64,000 nt of DNA from the human T2T-CHM13v2.0 reference genome, Homo sapiens: the NCBI RefSeq assembly GCF_009914755.1, contig NC_060931.1. One strand, 5' to 3'. Below the pieces are notes generated by a model. That model saw nothing but the letters and a program-made list of their open reading frames with translations, did no database searches and was not told the DNA's origin. A program made the translations under genes and the position numbers. Of the stretch, positions 15,574 through 30,859 are shown piece after piece (within the stretch, counting starts at the first letter, position 1; each line of letters starts with the position of its first letter).

Positions 15574-15901
15574 TTAGGAAGCTAGTTTGTCTTTCATTAA
15601 GGTCAAAGAGTTAGAAATTATCTCTGTCTTCATAAAAATAAATATATACTAAGTGAAGTGAAATAAGGAGAAAAAACTTACGGTCATTTAATGGTAGCAT
15701 CAAAGAATATTCATGATGAAGAAAGGTAACAGTAACCCCTTAGATTCAGTCCTAGAGGCTGTTGGGTTTTGCTATGGTCTTCTTTCAGGGATGCACTGAT
15801 TGCATCAGTAATACCCAGAACCTTATAAGTGATCAAAGGAAATAAAATATTTTGTTCCTGTTTGAATTGTGTTGCTTTCTTAGCCATAAAAATTTGAATG
15901 A

Positions 15902-16269
<368 letters not shown>

Positions 16270-16960
16270 AATTTGTGCTATTCTCTTTTTTGAAAAATCT
16301 TATTATTTTATTACTATTACATAAGGCCCTGAGTTTTCTCACATTCGGGGATATATCCTACTTCCAAAGGGGCTGCACATGTGTGCTATAACCTGTATTT
16401 TGGTGTATCTGCAGTTTTAAATGAATATGCAATTAAAGTGAAGGTTGACTTGCCATTTTATTATCTTTTTGAGGTAATCACATATAGATTACACAAAAGC
16501 AGAATGTTTAAGTTTCAGATTTTAAGTCACTTAGTTTATTATTTTTCATTTTGGGAAGTGAGTTTGAAGTTGTAATGCCATAATTAGATATATGGTTTAA
16601 CATACAAACACAGGATTTTTAGGATGATACACATCACATAAAATGGGATTAACTGATATTCTCCTTATCAACCACTGACCAGCAAAAAGAAGAATACAAT
16701 TAACAAAGGTCTGGAAATGAGTAGGAGAAAGGGCAAGGCATTGGTCAATTGTCTGCAAGACCACAAACCCACATGGCCACCCTAATCATTTCTCAAGGTC
16801 CACTCCACAGCCAGATATTTGTATCTCTTTAAATACCAAGTTAACAAGTAATTGCCTAATCATGGAAGTATAGAGTAGAGGTTGACTAAGAGTTGACAGG
16901 GAATATTCAGGCTTTTTAAGGCTTTGTCTTAAATTGTCAGAGGAGGAAGCAAATTGAGAA

Positions 16961-17040
16961 GAGGGAAAAGGTCAGATCAATCCTTTCCAAAGAAATTCCT
17001 TTTCTATGGGAAAAATGGACTGATCTGACCTTTTTCCCTC
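16961..17040. repeat. 80-nt imperfect inverted repeat (hairpin)
   Basis: GAGGGAAAAGGTCAGATCAATCC (16961-16983) pairs with GGACTGATCTGACCTTTTTCCCTC (17017-17040); the inner arms also pair partly. Confidence 0.9.
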
Positions 17041-18066
17041 CTTCCTGGAACCAGAATTTAGGGATTATTGCTATTCCTTGAGTACTAACAGTTTCCTGGA
17101 TGGGGTAAAAGATACTCTAGTCTGTCATGAATGGCCCTAACCATATAGTCCTAGATATCCTACATTTTTCCTAATAACAGTGGGAATAATTTTATTTTCT
17201 TAATTGTTAAAATCAAAGAGCTATAGATGCCTAAAGCTTTAATTTCAGAACAATGTTTTCATATGAATTTGAAAATTATTTGCTAATTTTCCAATTAGTA
17301 GTTGATCATTCACGATAATCAAAGAACACTAATAATGATGTAGGAACCAGTTTGAGCCCCAAAGTATTTTTAGTCTTCAAACATTCTTTGTTAGTTGGAT
17401 GCTGCCAATTTTGATTTTATCTTTTTCCAACAGCTGCTATCTACAGATTTCACATCTGTTTCTCTAGTATGCCCATAAAAATGTTGCTACTTCCTCTGAC
17501 TTAAATGAGATTTTAATGAACGTTTCAGGGACAAATCACATGCCTCATAAGACTGCTGCTTCTCCCAGGTAAGCTGACAGCACAACTTTTAATGAGCATA
17601 ATCAGAAATGAGATGCCGATTCTACCTTCAGAAAGGCAGATCACCATGAGAAGACGATTATTATCCAGCCATTTTCCTAACGAACTGACAAGGAGGCCAC
17701 GTGCACCAGGAGAGACCTTGAAGAGAGGCTGCTAATTGCCGCCCACCATTCACCCAAGGACGTATGACTAACAGACTCAAATGACAATCAACGAGACAGT
17801 TTGAGAGGAGGAAGATTCCAAAGACAGCTTGCCCACCAACTAAGACTGACGGGCGAATAAAGACATTCACTCTGAGCAGAAGCAAAACAAGCATATTCAG
17901 ATTACTTAAAGGAATTTTTTTTGAAATGTAAAGTTTGGAGGTTTAAAATACTTTGCATCTTAGTTGAATATGGTAGCACTAGCATTTGCGTATGTCTGGA
18001 AATTGAAGCCTTGAATTAAAAAATTTTTCTTAAATTAGGATTCTATAAAATGAACACACAAACTGA

Positions 18067-18414
<348 letters not shown>

Positions 18415-19517
18415 TAATATTAAGATTGTTTTATTGACTCTTCAGTACTTCCCTTTTCTACCCCCACCATGCATATGCACTTGCCTAAATTTGTTGTAAT
18501 TATTCCTGTATTTCTAGCAGTTTCTAGAAGAGCCTTTCGAAACTTTAACTCACTGGGTGACCTTGATCAAGGTCATTTGCTTCCTTAACTATAATGGCGA
18601 TAATTGGCAGAGACTACCTGGAGGTTGCATCTGTATTAATCATTCAGTGATCCCCAGTGAGGAAGGGTTTGGTGTGTTGGCTCCTGTTCCTCTGTCTGGG
18701 ACCTTAAGACCATAGAAGAGGCAGGAGGAGCTAAAAAACAAACCGTGTTGAAAGAGAAAGACATCGGGCTGTTGCTCACCATTCTCTGCATTCAAATAAT
18801 GGACAGCAAAGCGTCTGACCCTGCAGTGCCCCCTTTCACCATTACAACCAGAAGTGCAACCCGACTGGAATCAGGCTTATCTTACATTTCTACAAAAGCT
18901 GTGATCAAGGATTTTTAATATTGCACTTTAGACTTGGGATCCAGGACACAAAGAAGTAAAATACCTTTAAAGTGTTCCATTAGGATAGATTCAAATGTGA
19001 TCTTGGCAAGCATGATTAAGAAGACGAAAAGATTTTCTCATCTTGATAAAACTTAACCCTTAAAATGTGGAAGCAAAAGCCATAATCAATTTCAGACAGG
19101 TCACAAATCTTATTAAGGGGATTTTAAAAAAATAACATAAGTTTATTATTTAAATTCACGAGCAATATATGTTCATCAAAAAAGTATTAGGAAACATGGA
19201 GAATAAAAATTAAAACAAATAGCAAGGTTGCTAAGAGCTGTTTTGGATTATAAAACACTTGGACTAGAAAAATCAGCACCAATGCCTTATTGCTGCATGC
19301 TCTTGGTCAAGTCACTTCGTATTTCTAAATATCACTTTCCTTACCTGTAAAGAGACTATAAAATCTAAATTACAGAACTGTTGTGAGAACTAAATTTAAT
19401 AACATAGTTAATGTAATTATACAATTACTGAAAAATAGCCAGTGCTCCATAGAAGGTAATTGTTTCTGTTATTATATTTTATTATTAGTCACTGTAATCT
19501 CACTGATAACTTTGGCT

Positions 19518-19586
19518 CAACCATGTTTGGCAAGATCGTTATGAAGTTCTAGGATCTCCTGACCCCATGATCCGCCTGCCTTGGCC
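19518..19586 (-). mobile_element. Short internal Alu left-arm fragment
   Basis: gatctcctgaccccatgatccgcctgccttggcc (19553-19586), preceded by a degenerate accatgtttggcaagatcgt. Confidence 0.75.
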
Positions 19587-20293
19587 ATTATAAGATTCTA
19601 GTATCTATAAAGCTTTTGTACCCATGGGTTATTTTCCATTATTCTAACCACTGAAATAACAAGTGAGATTGATTGTTTCCAGTCCCTTAGAAGACAGAAT
19701 TAAATGCTGCACTATCTGGAAGGAGTAGGCACTACCTCAGGGAACAACCGACTGATCCTGCCAACTGGTACGTTGATATCATGGCTGCATACACAATCTA
19801 TCTGACAGGATATAAGAATGTCTATTATATCACAATCCTGCTTGTTTTAAAACTGCTTTCATATACAACATCTCATTTGATCTAATAATACTCCTTTTTC
19901 CAAACTCTTCCAAAAGTTCTATACTATGTGCCAAAAAAACTTCTAGTCCTGCAGGATGGTCAAGCCTCTTGATGACCTAATTTTAACTTTCTCTTCCCTT
20001 CACACTCCCTAGGTTCCTGATGGATTTATCTTCTTTTGGGTTCTCCAAACGTTGTAGGCTTTCCCATATTCCTTAATTTGCTGATATTCTTTCCATTCCT
20101 TAGAATCCATTTTCTCAACCCTCCACCTTGCTGACAAAGCCAGCCCAGGCTCAACTCCAACGCTTCTCTTTTACAATGTTTTGCCTGCCTTCCATATTCA
20201 ATTCACTAACCAATCTGATCTCTTTCAGGGTCTTTATTATGTCCCACTTCTTTTATAGTATTTTTTTCTTTATTTGTCTCAGTTCTTTTATAA

Positions 20294-20671
<378 letters not shown>

Positions 20672-23007
20672 GAAGGAAAACTCTTAAACATGCTTACCAA
20701 ATTAATTTTTTTGATACTTGTGGCAAATTTGTTACTTGATCAGGAAGGCATTACTAACCTTCAGCAGATTAAGAAACTAAGGCTTGAAGCGGGTGAATGA
20801 AATGTGTCCTAAACTCCATTATCTGATAAGGCAGACCAAACATGATGTTTAGATTCCTAATCTAGAAGTCTTTCTACTCCACAACACCACCCCTATTATA
20901 GCTCTTTACTATAATAGAACAGGTGAAGGTACCAAATGAGTGTAAGTACTTTTCCCTAAGTTTTCTAGTACTTACTTGAGAACAAAGGACTAAGACATAC
21001 AAAGCAGTGCTTGGGAAGGGGCTGGTCTCATCCTAGCCCAGCAAATCACAACTAAGAATTAAAACAGAATTGGACAAAATCAATGTCACTTCAGTATGTC
21101 TACATGCCACAGAGTTGTCCTTTATAGCAATTTTAAATAATATTTATTTAGGTCTTTATTTATTTTTGCCTTATCTCCTCAAACAGGAAGGCACTTGAGG
21201 GCAAGGGCTACATTTAATACGTATTTACATCCAAAAATTTGAAATAGGTAGACCTCATGTATCTTATGCATCTCCTTTGTGCAGTTATGTATATTTATAG
21301 GAAAGAACAATATTTAAAAAAAATAACTTCGGTGAAAGCAAATTTAGGGTAGCATACTGGGACAGGGGGTAAAAACCTGATTGGCTATAAGAAAATAGGA
21401 ACAATGCATTGAAATAATTAGCAAAAAATACTAAACCTGCCTCACAAATGGAAGAATGCATTTTAATGTCCTAATGAATAGAAAATCTTGTTCACTCACT
21501 TATTTGGTATAAATGAGTTCTGTCTAGAGAAGAGGGAAAATAAAATAAAATATGATACCCCTGTCCTCTCCCCAGGATTCCTTACCACTTCCTCATTTCA
21601 CAAATACCTTACCTGTGGAACTGCATATTCCCCTGTGCTTAGAAGAGCCTAGTGTTTGGTTTAATGCTGAATTCTTAATTTTTGAACAAAGGACTCACAT
21701 TTTCATTTGGTACCGGGTCATGAAAACTATGTAGCCAGTTTCACTTATCACCCTTCAAGCCTATAGATGTCTTGCAATCAAGTTTCTTCCAGATCAACAG
21801 GGGTATGGGGAATGTCTTGCTCTCTCTCTCAGCCCAACTACAGGAAACACTTTTCTGAAGAAATTTTAAGAGAAAAGGGCCGTGAAATCATACAGAGGTC
21901 AACAGTCTCCCTAGAAGCTGATGTCTGGAAAGTCCAGAAAGAATTATATGACTACTGGAAACTGCAAATCCAGACTTCCTGTAACATTTTAAAAGCATTC
22001 ATGAGAGTACAGTAAAAGATTAGCACTTAAGCATTGTGGGAATCTTCTCATGATATTGTCATTGACCAGAATCTTATTAGAGTGATGTGTCTGGCTTTAG
22101 CTCTTTATCTTGAAAACTGAGAAATCTTAAAAGAAAGGGACAGAAATTAAAAGAGTAGGAAATAGAGTCCATTGAAAATGTTAAAGACCTTGGATTAAAT
22201 TGTCAAGATAAGTCTAAAGTTCATAGCTTCCATCAAGTGTATAAAGAACTAGCATTTGAGCAATTATTTTTCTAATATTGCAAAGGAGATTCTTCTTGAG
22301 TGGGATGGGCCTAATATTATGGGAACTTTGAGTGCACTGTATGGCAAGAAGAAAGTCTGTCTTAAACACAGGAGAGCCAAAGCCATTGGAAAGAAAGACC
22401 AATATGAATATATTAATTGAAAAGTTATGATGAACAGTATGCCATGATTGAGAAATAGATATAGGTCAAGATGTCCATTTAGAATGTACATTTAAAAATA
22501 TTATTATTATTGGTTGTTGAGAAGAAAACCAATAGGATCAGTGAGGTTAATCAAGGGAGAAGTGAATGACTAACATGAGAAGAAGGAAGGCAAAGAGAAG
22601 CAAAGGGAATTAGTTACTAACATTCAGTTGATTACCTGAAAACACACTGAAATCTCCTGAGATAGGAATGGAATGTTAACAAAACTGAAAATTCTGAAAG
22701 CCTTTCTCTTTCTCCTATGTATGCCTCTCTGCTTCAAAACTACCCTTCATTTTCCTGTGTACCTTTCTCCAAAGACTCCCTCCACGTTCTGTCATGAAAG
22801 TTGGTGGGTGAGGCTGGTGGTAGCAGCAATTTGTGGTTTCATAGGCAAATCCAGGGTAACAAAGACACATCTTCTTTTGAGATACACCTCCAAGGACAAC
22901 AGACAGACTTATCCTTTTTTGGTGTCTACTTGGGTAAACTGAAGAGACTTAGATAACCATCTTAGAAAGATATACTGTTTTCCTAGAAAATTTAAGTGTT
23001 TTCATTT

Positions 23008-23179
23008 GGAAGAGGGATGGAGATGAGAGAGGGAGGGAGGAAGGGGAAAAAAGGAGGGAAAGATGGAGGTAAGGAAAAAAGGAAAGAGAGAGAGAGTCAG
23101 AGAAGGGATGGGTCAGAGGGGAAAGAGGCAGAGGGAAGATGGGGAGAGAGGAAAAAAAAGGAACAGAAAAAAAGAGAGA
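23008..23179. repeat. GA-rich polypurine low-complexity tract
   Basis: Read directly. Confidence 0.9.
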
Positions 23180-24742
23180 TTCCATAATACATTAGAAAGT
23201 TAATTTAATTCTACAAGTCAATTTATAACTAGATAAGCATTGTTTTTAAGAGGAAATGAACAGCCATTATCAATTTGTGTCTCTTTGATTTCCTTCTCCG
23301 AACTGTATTAACTCCTCTTCTCCTTCACAAAAAAGCAGTAATTTAGCATGCCAATAAACGTACATAACCAAAACATTATTTTGAACATTATGCTTATTAA
23401 TTATCTGGTGATAAATAAGATACAAAGGGAATAGCCTATGAGAGGAATAAGAGATATGAAATGGATAATGATGAAATGAAAGCCTAAAACTGAAGGAATG
23501 CTTAAGATGGAAAAGGTAAGATGCAGAGTGAATCAAAAAATAAAAGACAGGAAATAGTATAATAATGTAATTATAAAAGGAAATAAAGATGATTAATTGG
23601 GATGAGGCACTACAGAATAAATATAAGATTTATTCTTATGCTTGTATTATATGCTTAGTGAAGATAGCTTTCTTTGCTGGATGTATAAATATAAAACAGA
23701 AGTTGTAAAAGCATAGGGAACCTCATGAATCTTGAAATCAGATCAATAATTTACTAAATTTGATTTGGTACAACAACTGAATAAGTCATACCAATTCTTG
23801 GCTCTGTGTTCCAAACAGAGTAAAAAATTGCTGGTAATGCAGTTCTCAACTCTCAACAGGCAGTTTCCATCTATTTGACATCATTTGAATCCAAGCTAAA
23901 AGTAGAAATGGCATAAGTAGTTGAAAGTCAAAGTACACAGCTTTATTCTCTGCTGCTATAATATAGTTTGGAAATGTATCCGTGAAGGCACTAAAGTCAA
24001 AAAATAAGCTCATATTGAAAACATAGATTTTTAAAAATACCACCGTCAACTGTTTATCTATATGAAGTGGTTTTCACAGGCTTTTCCCTTGAAAAATGTC
24101 ACTGCACCTGTTAAACAAGTGTTCAAAGAGATTTGCTATGAATTATTCCATGAAATGTCCTATGTTTTAGACAGGTTCCTTTCTTTGGTGGGGGTTGGGG
24201 GGCTGTGGTATACAAACCTACCTTGACTGATTATATTAACCACAAACTATAACAACAAACAAAACAAATCTTTTGATGTTTGCAGATTCGGGATGGTTGC
24301 TCAGCTAACAAGTATTTCTCTAGTAGCCATGTCTAGGGAACTCCCTTCTTTCTGGGAATTGTATTCCCTTCCTCCCAGATTTAGACACATGTCCCAGATG
24401 GGAACTGTCCTTTCCTCATGACTGCATTTCCCCCGGGATGAGGTAGGAACCTTACTCTACCTAGTTCAATGAGCTTAATCCTAGGACTCTCCAATAATCA
24501 CATCTCCACACACCATCCCTGATCTTCACTGACCTTCAGTGACTGTTTTAGATAAGAGTTTAAGAGACAAGTTAGCCAATTAAATGTCCTTCCCAGGTTT
24601 TTAACCCTTTGTTAGAGGAAGATAATCTCTCTTCTCCTGTCTAAATACTGTGACGTTGTGAACCTGGAGATGCTGGAAGCTGCATTTGTACTCTTGCAGC
24701 AATGTTATTCAGAGATAATGAAGCAAATGTGAAAGAGAAAGA

Positions 24743-24935
24743 ATGCTCAAAAAGTTACATGTGGGATTACCATATGGTCCAGCAATTCTACTCTTAGGCA
24801 TATACCCCAAACAGTGGAAAGCAGGGACTCAGACAGATTTGTACACCAATGTTCATAGCACCAATGTTCACAATAACCAAAAGGTAGAAACAATCCAAAT
24901 ATCCTTTAACAGAGGAATGTATAAAGAAAATGTGG
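24743..24935 (+). mobile_element. Old L1M ORF2 3' end fragment (5' part, split by the retrocopy)
   Basis: ttaccatatggtccagcaattctactcttaggcatataccca ... aatgttcatagca is typical of the L1 ORF2 end; it continues at 27261 after the TSD. Confidence 0.85.
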
Positions 24936-26432
24936 GTCAACCAGGTCCCCTCCTCACAGCAACATGGCAGCTTCTCTTCCTCAGCACGGTGACTGGCTTC
25001 CCCTCAGGACCTGTTGCCACAGGCAGACTTCCTGCACACTGGCAGCCTGAGACCACCATGCAGTTTATGTTGCTTTTTATTAAAAGTTGTCAGGAAAAGC
25101 CTCAACTGCAGGAGAGAGAGAACTTGTTCACTTTAGCAGAGAAACCTAAAATGTGCAGATATGCTGTGCTACTGTGAATCAGGGCAATGAACTAACTGCC
25201 CTAGAAACAATTCATCATTACATGGAATTACTTAACAAGTATTTTGGCAGTGTGTGTGAACTTGATGTCGTCTTTAATTTTGAAGAGGTTTATTTTATTT
25301 TGGATGAGTTCTTTTTGGAGGGGAAGTTAGGAAACCTCCAAGAAAAGGCAATTGCACAGGCTGATCTACCTCAGGAGGAAGCTTAAACCCCACACAGAGT
25401 TCTCCAAGAAATTGGACTGACATAACTCTCCTCCTTGTTGATAACTTCTTTTGGCATTTCACACACTGTAGATGGCCCCTGTCTTCATGTCCATGTTAGC
25501 TAATGGTGTAAGATGATGTCTTGTCAGTATTACTGTTTTTCTAAGCCACTTCATTCAAGCCTATACAATTTTTTAAGAAGGAACTTTGGTTAATCAAGTG
25601 ATAAGTTAAAGGACTTAAATATGAATGGGGCAGAAAAAGATGACTTTTCTGGATATTTTAAAGTTTATAGGTCAGTTTCTCTTAATCTGATTATATATGC
25701 ATATGAAAATGACATCTGTATACATGCAAAATGAAACAATCTGGCAATATACATTTATTACTATATTTGACAAAGAAATTCTTAAATTATAATGTGAAAC
25801 CTCATTTTATAAAACCAAAGACTAGTGAACATTTCAGTATACATAAGAGTAAAGGGAATTGACATGTTACATATTGAATGAATGGAAACTTAACCTTGTT
25901 GAAACTTCAGAAAGCAGATTTACGCCAAAGACTCCTATTGGAAACTACATATCTTAAAAAAGGGGTGGGGAGAATACAGATGATTTTAAATGACTAAATT
26001 GGAATGATGCTTTTTACACTAAAAATTATTTCTTAGGTATTCTGAACCTGGAATGAGAAACAGGATTGTTTCATAATAGCAAGCATGTAATTTTTAAGGT
26101 GAAGGCACATTTGACTCCTGAAATGAATTTTTGTGGACACAATCACTTAGTTGGATGGGTTTTGATGCCCCAAAATAAAGTGGAAATGTTAATTTGCCAG
26201 GGATTCTTCATAAAAGTATCTTACAGAAAACGTGTTGCTCTCTTCACAAAGTGTTGAGTGTAAAGTCATTGTATGAAGTATGAACGTTCCTTCTGCAGTG
26301 CTTGTGAAAACCAAATTTATTTTGCTTCCCTATTCCTTCCCTCCATGTAGAAGTGCTACAAACTTTACAGTGGCTTCTTTTCTTTCCATGGCACTGCCTA
26401 GTTAACAGAAGTCTTACAAAAATTTAAAAAGA

Positions 26433-27001
<569 letters not shown>

Positions 27002-27260
27002 TAAAAAAGTGAGAGCTGAATGAAGTAAAAGGACATTAATTGGCCCTAAATGTTTTAAAGCTATATAATTGTCCAACATCACTTTTCTAATTACTTGTAA
27101 GTATGTAAACATGTCTTCATGGTTTATACTTTCACTTGTATATGCTGGGATGGATTAAGCTTTGTTGTGACTATGACCAATATTCAGGCCATGTGAGCAC
27201 TGTCTTATTGCATCGCCAATTAGTTGTAATAAACGTTGAATGTACACACAGAAAAAAAAT

Positions 27261-27325
27261 AAAATGTGGAACATACCTACAATGGAATAGCATTCAGCCA
27301 TAAAAAGGAAAACTTTGATACATAC
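27261..27325 (+). mobile_element. L1M continuation after the retrocopy
   Basis: aaaatgtggaacatacctacaatggaatagcattcagccataaaaagg is the expected L1 sequence following 24935. Confidence 0.85.
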
Positions 27326-27729
27326 TGTTGCAGGAATCGGAGGACCAGAGAGACCACAGGGTGAAATAGGAGGATTTATTGAATTCACTCAGACCCAGTG
27401 GATTAACATCCAAAGACCTGGCCCAGAACAAAGACAGCACTTGACTTTTATACACACTTCTAAAAGGGGGTGGGCTAGCTTGAAATAAGCTTAAAGTGGC
27501 ACAAAAGCAAGGATACAGAAGCAGAACAAAAGCAGTTAATCATACTATGACAGGTTCATAACTCAGGCTTACATATAACTCTTGCTATGCGGCCCAGATA
27601 GCTGTTATCTAGGCTTGCTCTTGTGCCTTGCATGGGCTTATCTCATAACCTTCACTACGGTGCCTAGGTGGCTGCAATCCAGGCCTGCTCAGGTGTCTCA
27701 TGATCTTCACTGTGCTTAGATGAAAAACA
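27326..27729 (-). mobile_element. Truncated ERV LTR (subfamily not assigned)
   Basis: Begins TGTTGCAGGAATCGGAGGACC; TTTATT at about 27376 and TTTTATA (reverse TATA) at about 27446; no closing end or TSD found. Confidence 0.65.
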
Positions 27730-27784
27730 GTTGTTTCATTTTTTGCTTACTATAAATAATGATGTAATGAATATTCATGTATTG

Positions 27785-27867
27785 ACACACAATTTACCCA
27801 TGTAACACACCTGCACAGGTACCCCATGAACATAAAAGTTGGTAGGAAAAATAAATAAATAAATAAA
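27785..27867 (+). mobile_element. Extreme 3' end of an L1P with (AAAT)n tail
   Basis: caatttacccatgtaacacacctgcacaggtacccc...aacataaaagtt. Confidence 0.8.
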
Positions 27868-28039
27868 TCTGGGAGAGAAACACACACATGTACAAAATAA
27901 AATAAAATGATTCCTTTTTTGTCAAATTTAATGTTTTCTATATTTTTCAAATTTTGTAAAATGGCATGTAATTACTTTTTAGTTTGACCAAGAGCCAGAG
28001 CATTTTACTTTATAAAGGTATTTTAGAAATGGAGTTAGT

Positions 28040-28222
28040 TTAAAGCATTATGCTAAGAGAAAGAAGCCAAACACAAAGGCAATGTATTTTCTGATTCTGT
28101 TTGTATGAAGCATCAAGAATAGACAGATCTGTGGAGACAGAAGGTAGATTGGTGGTTTCCAGGGGCTGGATAGGAGGGAGTGAATGTGGAGTGACTGCTA
28201 TGGTATGTGGATTATATCTCAA
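28040..28222 (+). mobile_element. L1M 3' UTR fragment
   Basis: attatgctaagagaaagaagcc ... gagacagaaggtagattggtggtttccagggg. Confidence 0.8.
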
Positions 28223-28311
28223 TTTTAAAAACTTGAGTCAAAATTTTTAAAAGTAACTGAGGTAGTTTAGTCATTATTAATATTATCCTTCACTGCTACT
28301 AATTTAAAATT

Positions 28312-29235
<924 letters not shown>

Positions 29236-29257
29236 CATAAAAAAGTGGTTGCTTAAC

Positions 29258-29686
29258 AACACAAATGTCCATGGACAGATTAATAGATAAAATGTGGACT
29301 ATACATACAACGTAATATTATTTGGCCTTAAAGAGACAGAAGCTCTGATACATGCTACAACATGAAGAACCATGAAAACATGATATTAAGTGAAAGAAGT
29401 CAGACACTAAAGTAAAAATATTTTATAAGTCCACTTATATAAGGCACCTAGAAAAGGCAAACTTATAGAAATAGAAAGTAGAGTACAGGTTACCAGGGGC
29501 TGAGGGGAGTGGGGAAAGGGGAGTTATTGTTTAATAGAAACAGAGTTTCTATTTGGGATGATAAAGTTTTGGAGATGGATGGTGGTGAGGTTATACAACA
29601 ACATAAATGTATTTAATGCCACTGAACTATACTTAAAAATGGTAAAAAGGTAAATTTTATGTTGGGTATATTATACAATAAAAAAG
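29258..29686 (+). mobile_element. L1MB-like 3' end
   Basis: caaatgtccat...atgctacaacatg...aatgccactgaact...aaattttatgtt...caataaaaaa. Confidence 0.85.
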
Positions 29687-30344
29687 TTGCCACTCTAATA
29701 ACAAACCAAATTTTGACTTTAAAATGTGCAAACTTTAGACTTGGCATTTCTATTCTTAAGAATTTAGCTTAAGGAAATAATCAAGGATGCTAAAGAAAAC
29801 AAGGGTGTTCCCTCAAGTGACAGGATGTGACATTGAATGTCCAGTGACTGAGGATTCATTACATACATTATGGTTTATATATTTGATCAACTATTATACA
29901 GCCATTAAAATTGTAATTTCAAGTGACATAGTAAGATATTCAAGATAGTTAAGGGAAAATGTAGGGAAGAAAAAGAATACATGTAATGAGTTGTCCCTAA
30001 ATTTATCCCTTCTATTTCTTATAAGAGATTTTTTAAAAAGTATTTCAAGTACATATATGTACATGTCATTGAAATACAGGTTCAGTTGCTCACTGCTTGC
30101 AGAGTCCAATTAACAAGAACAAGGTCTAGTCTAAAGTGACTTTTTATTCCAAAGCTAGCTTAGGGGAAGAAGTACAGGCTTCCTACATTAAGGAGACCAC
30201 TTTGCTTTTGGAGCAGAAAGTGGGGGCAGTGGTGCTTTTAAAACAGGGGTGGAAGTGAGCAGGTCAGGGGTCTGTACAGTTGCTTCAGTGCCCTATCTAC
30301 TGGGCAGTTTAGGTGGCATCTTCATGGACAGAAATAGGTTATAA

Positions 30345-30733
<389 letters not shown>

Positions 30734-30737
<4 letters not shown>

Positions 30738-30859
30738 AACCTGGGAGGCGGAGCATGCAGTGAGCCGAGATCGCGCCACTGCACTCCAGCCTGGGCGACA
30801 GTGAGACCTCAGTCTCAAAAAAAAAAAAAAAAAAAAAAAAAAGAGAGAAAGAAAGAAAA
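30734..30859 (+). mobile_element. AluY-like right-arm 3' fragment with A tail
   Basis: cgtgaacctgggaggcggag...gtctcaaaaa. Confidence 0.93.

Noticed and set aside
25153-25386. Functional short AP1 sigma protein
   Set aside because: GTG start, N-terminal half deleted or frameshifted, and a premature stop; it is pseudogenic.
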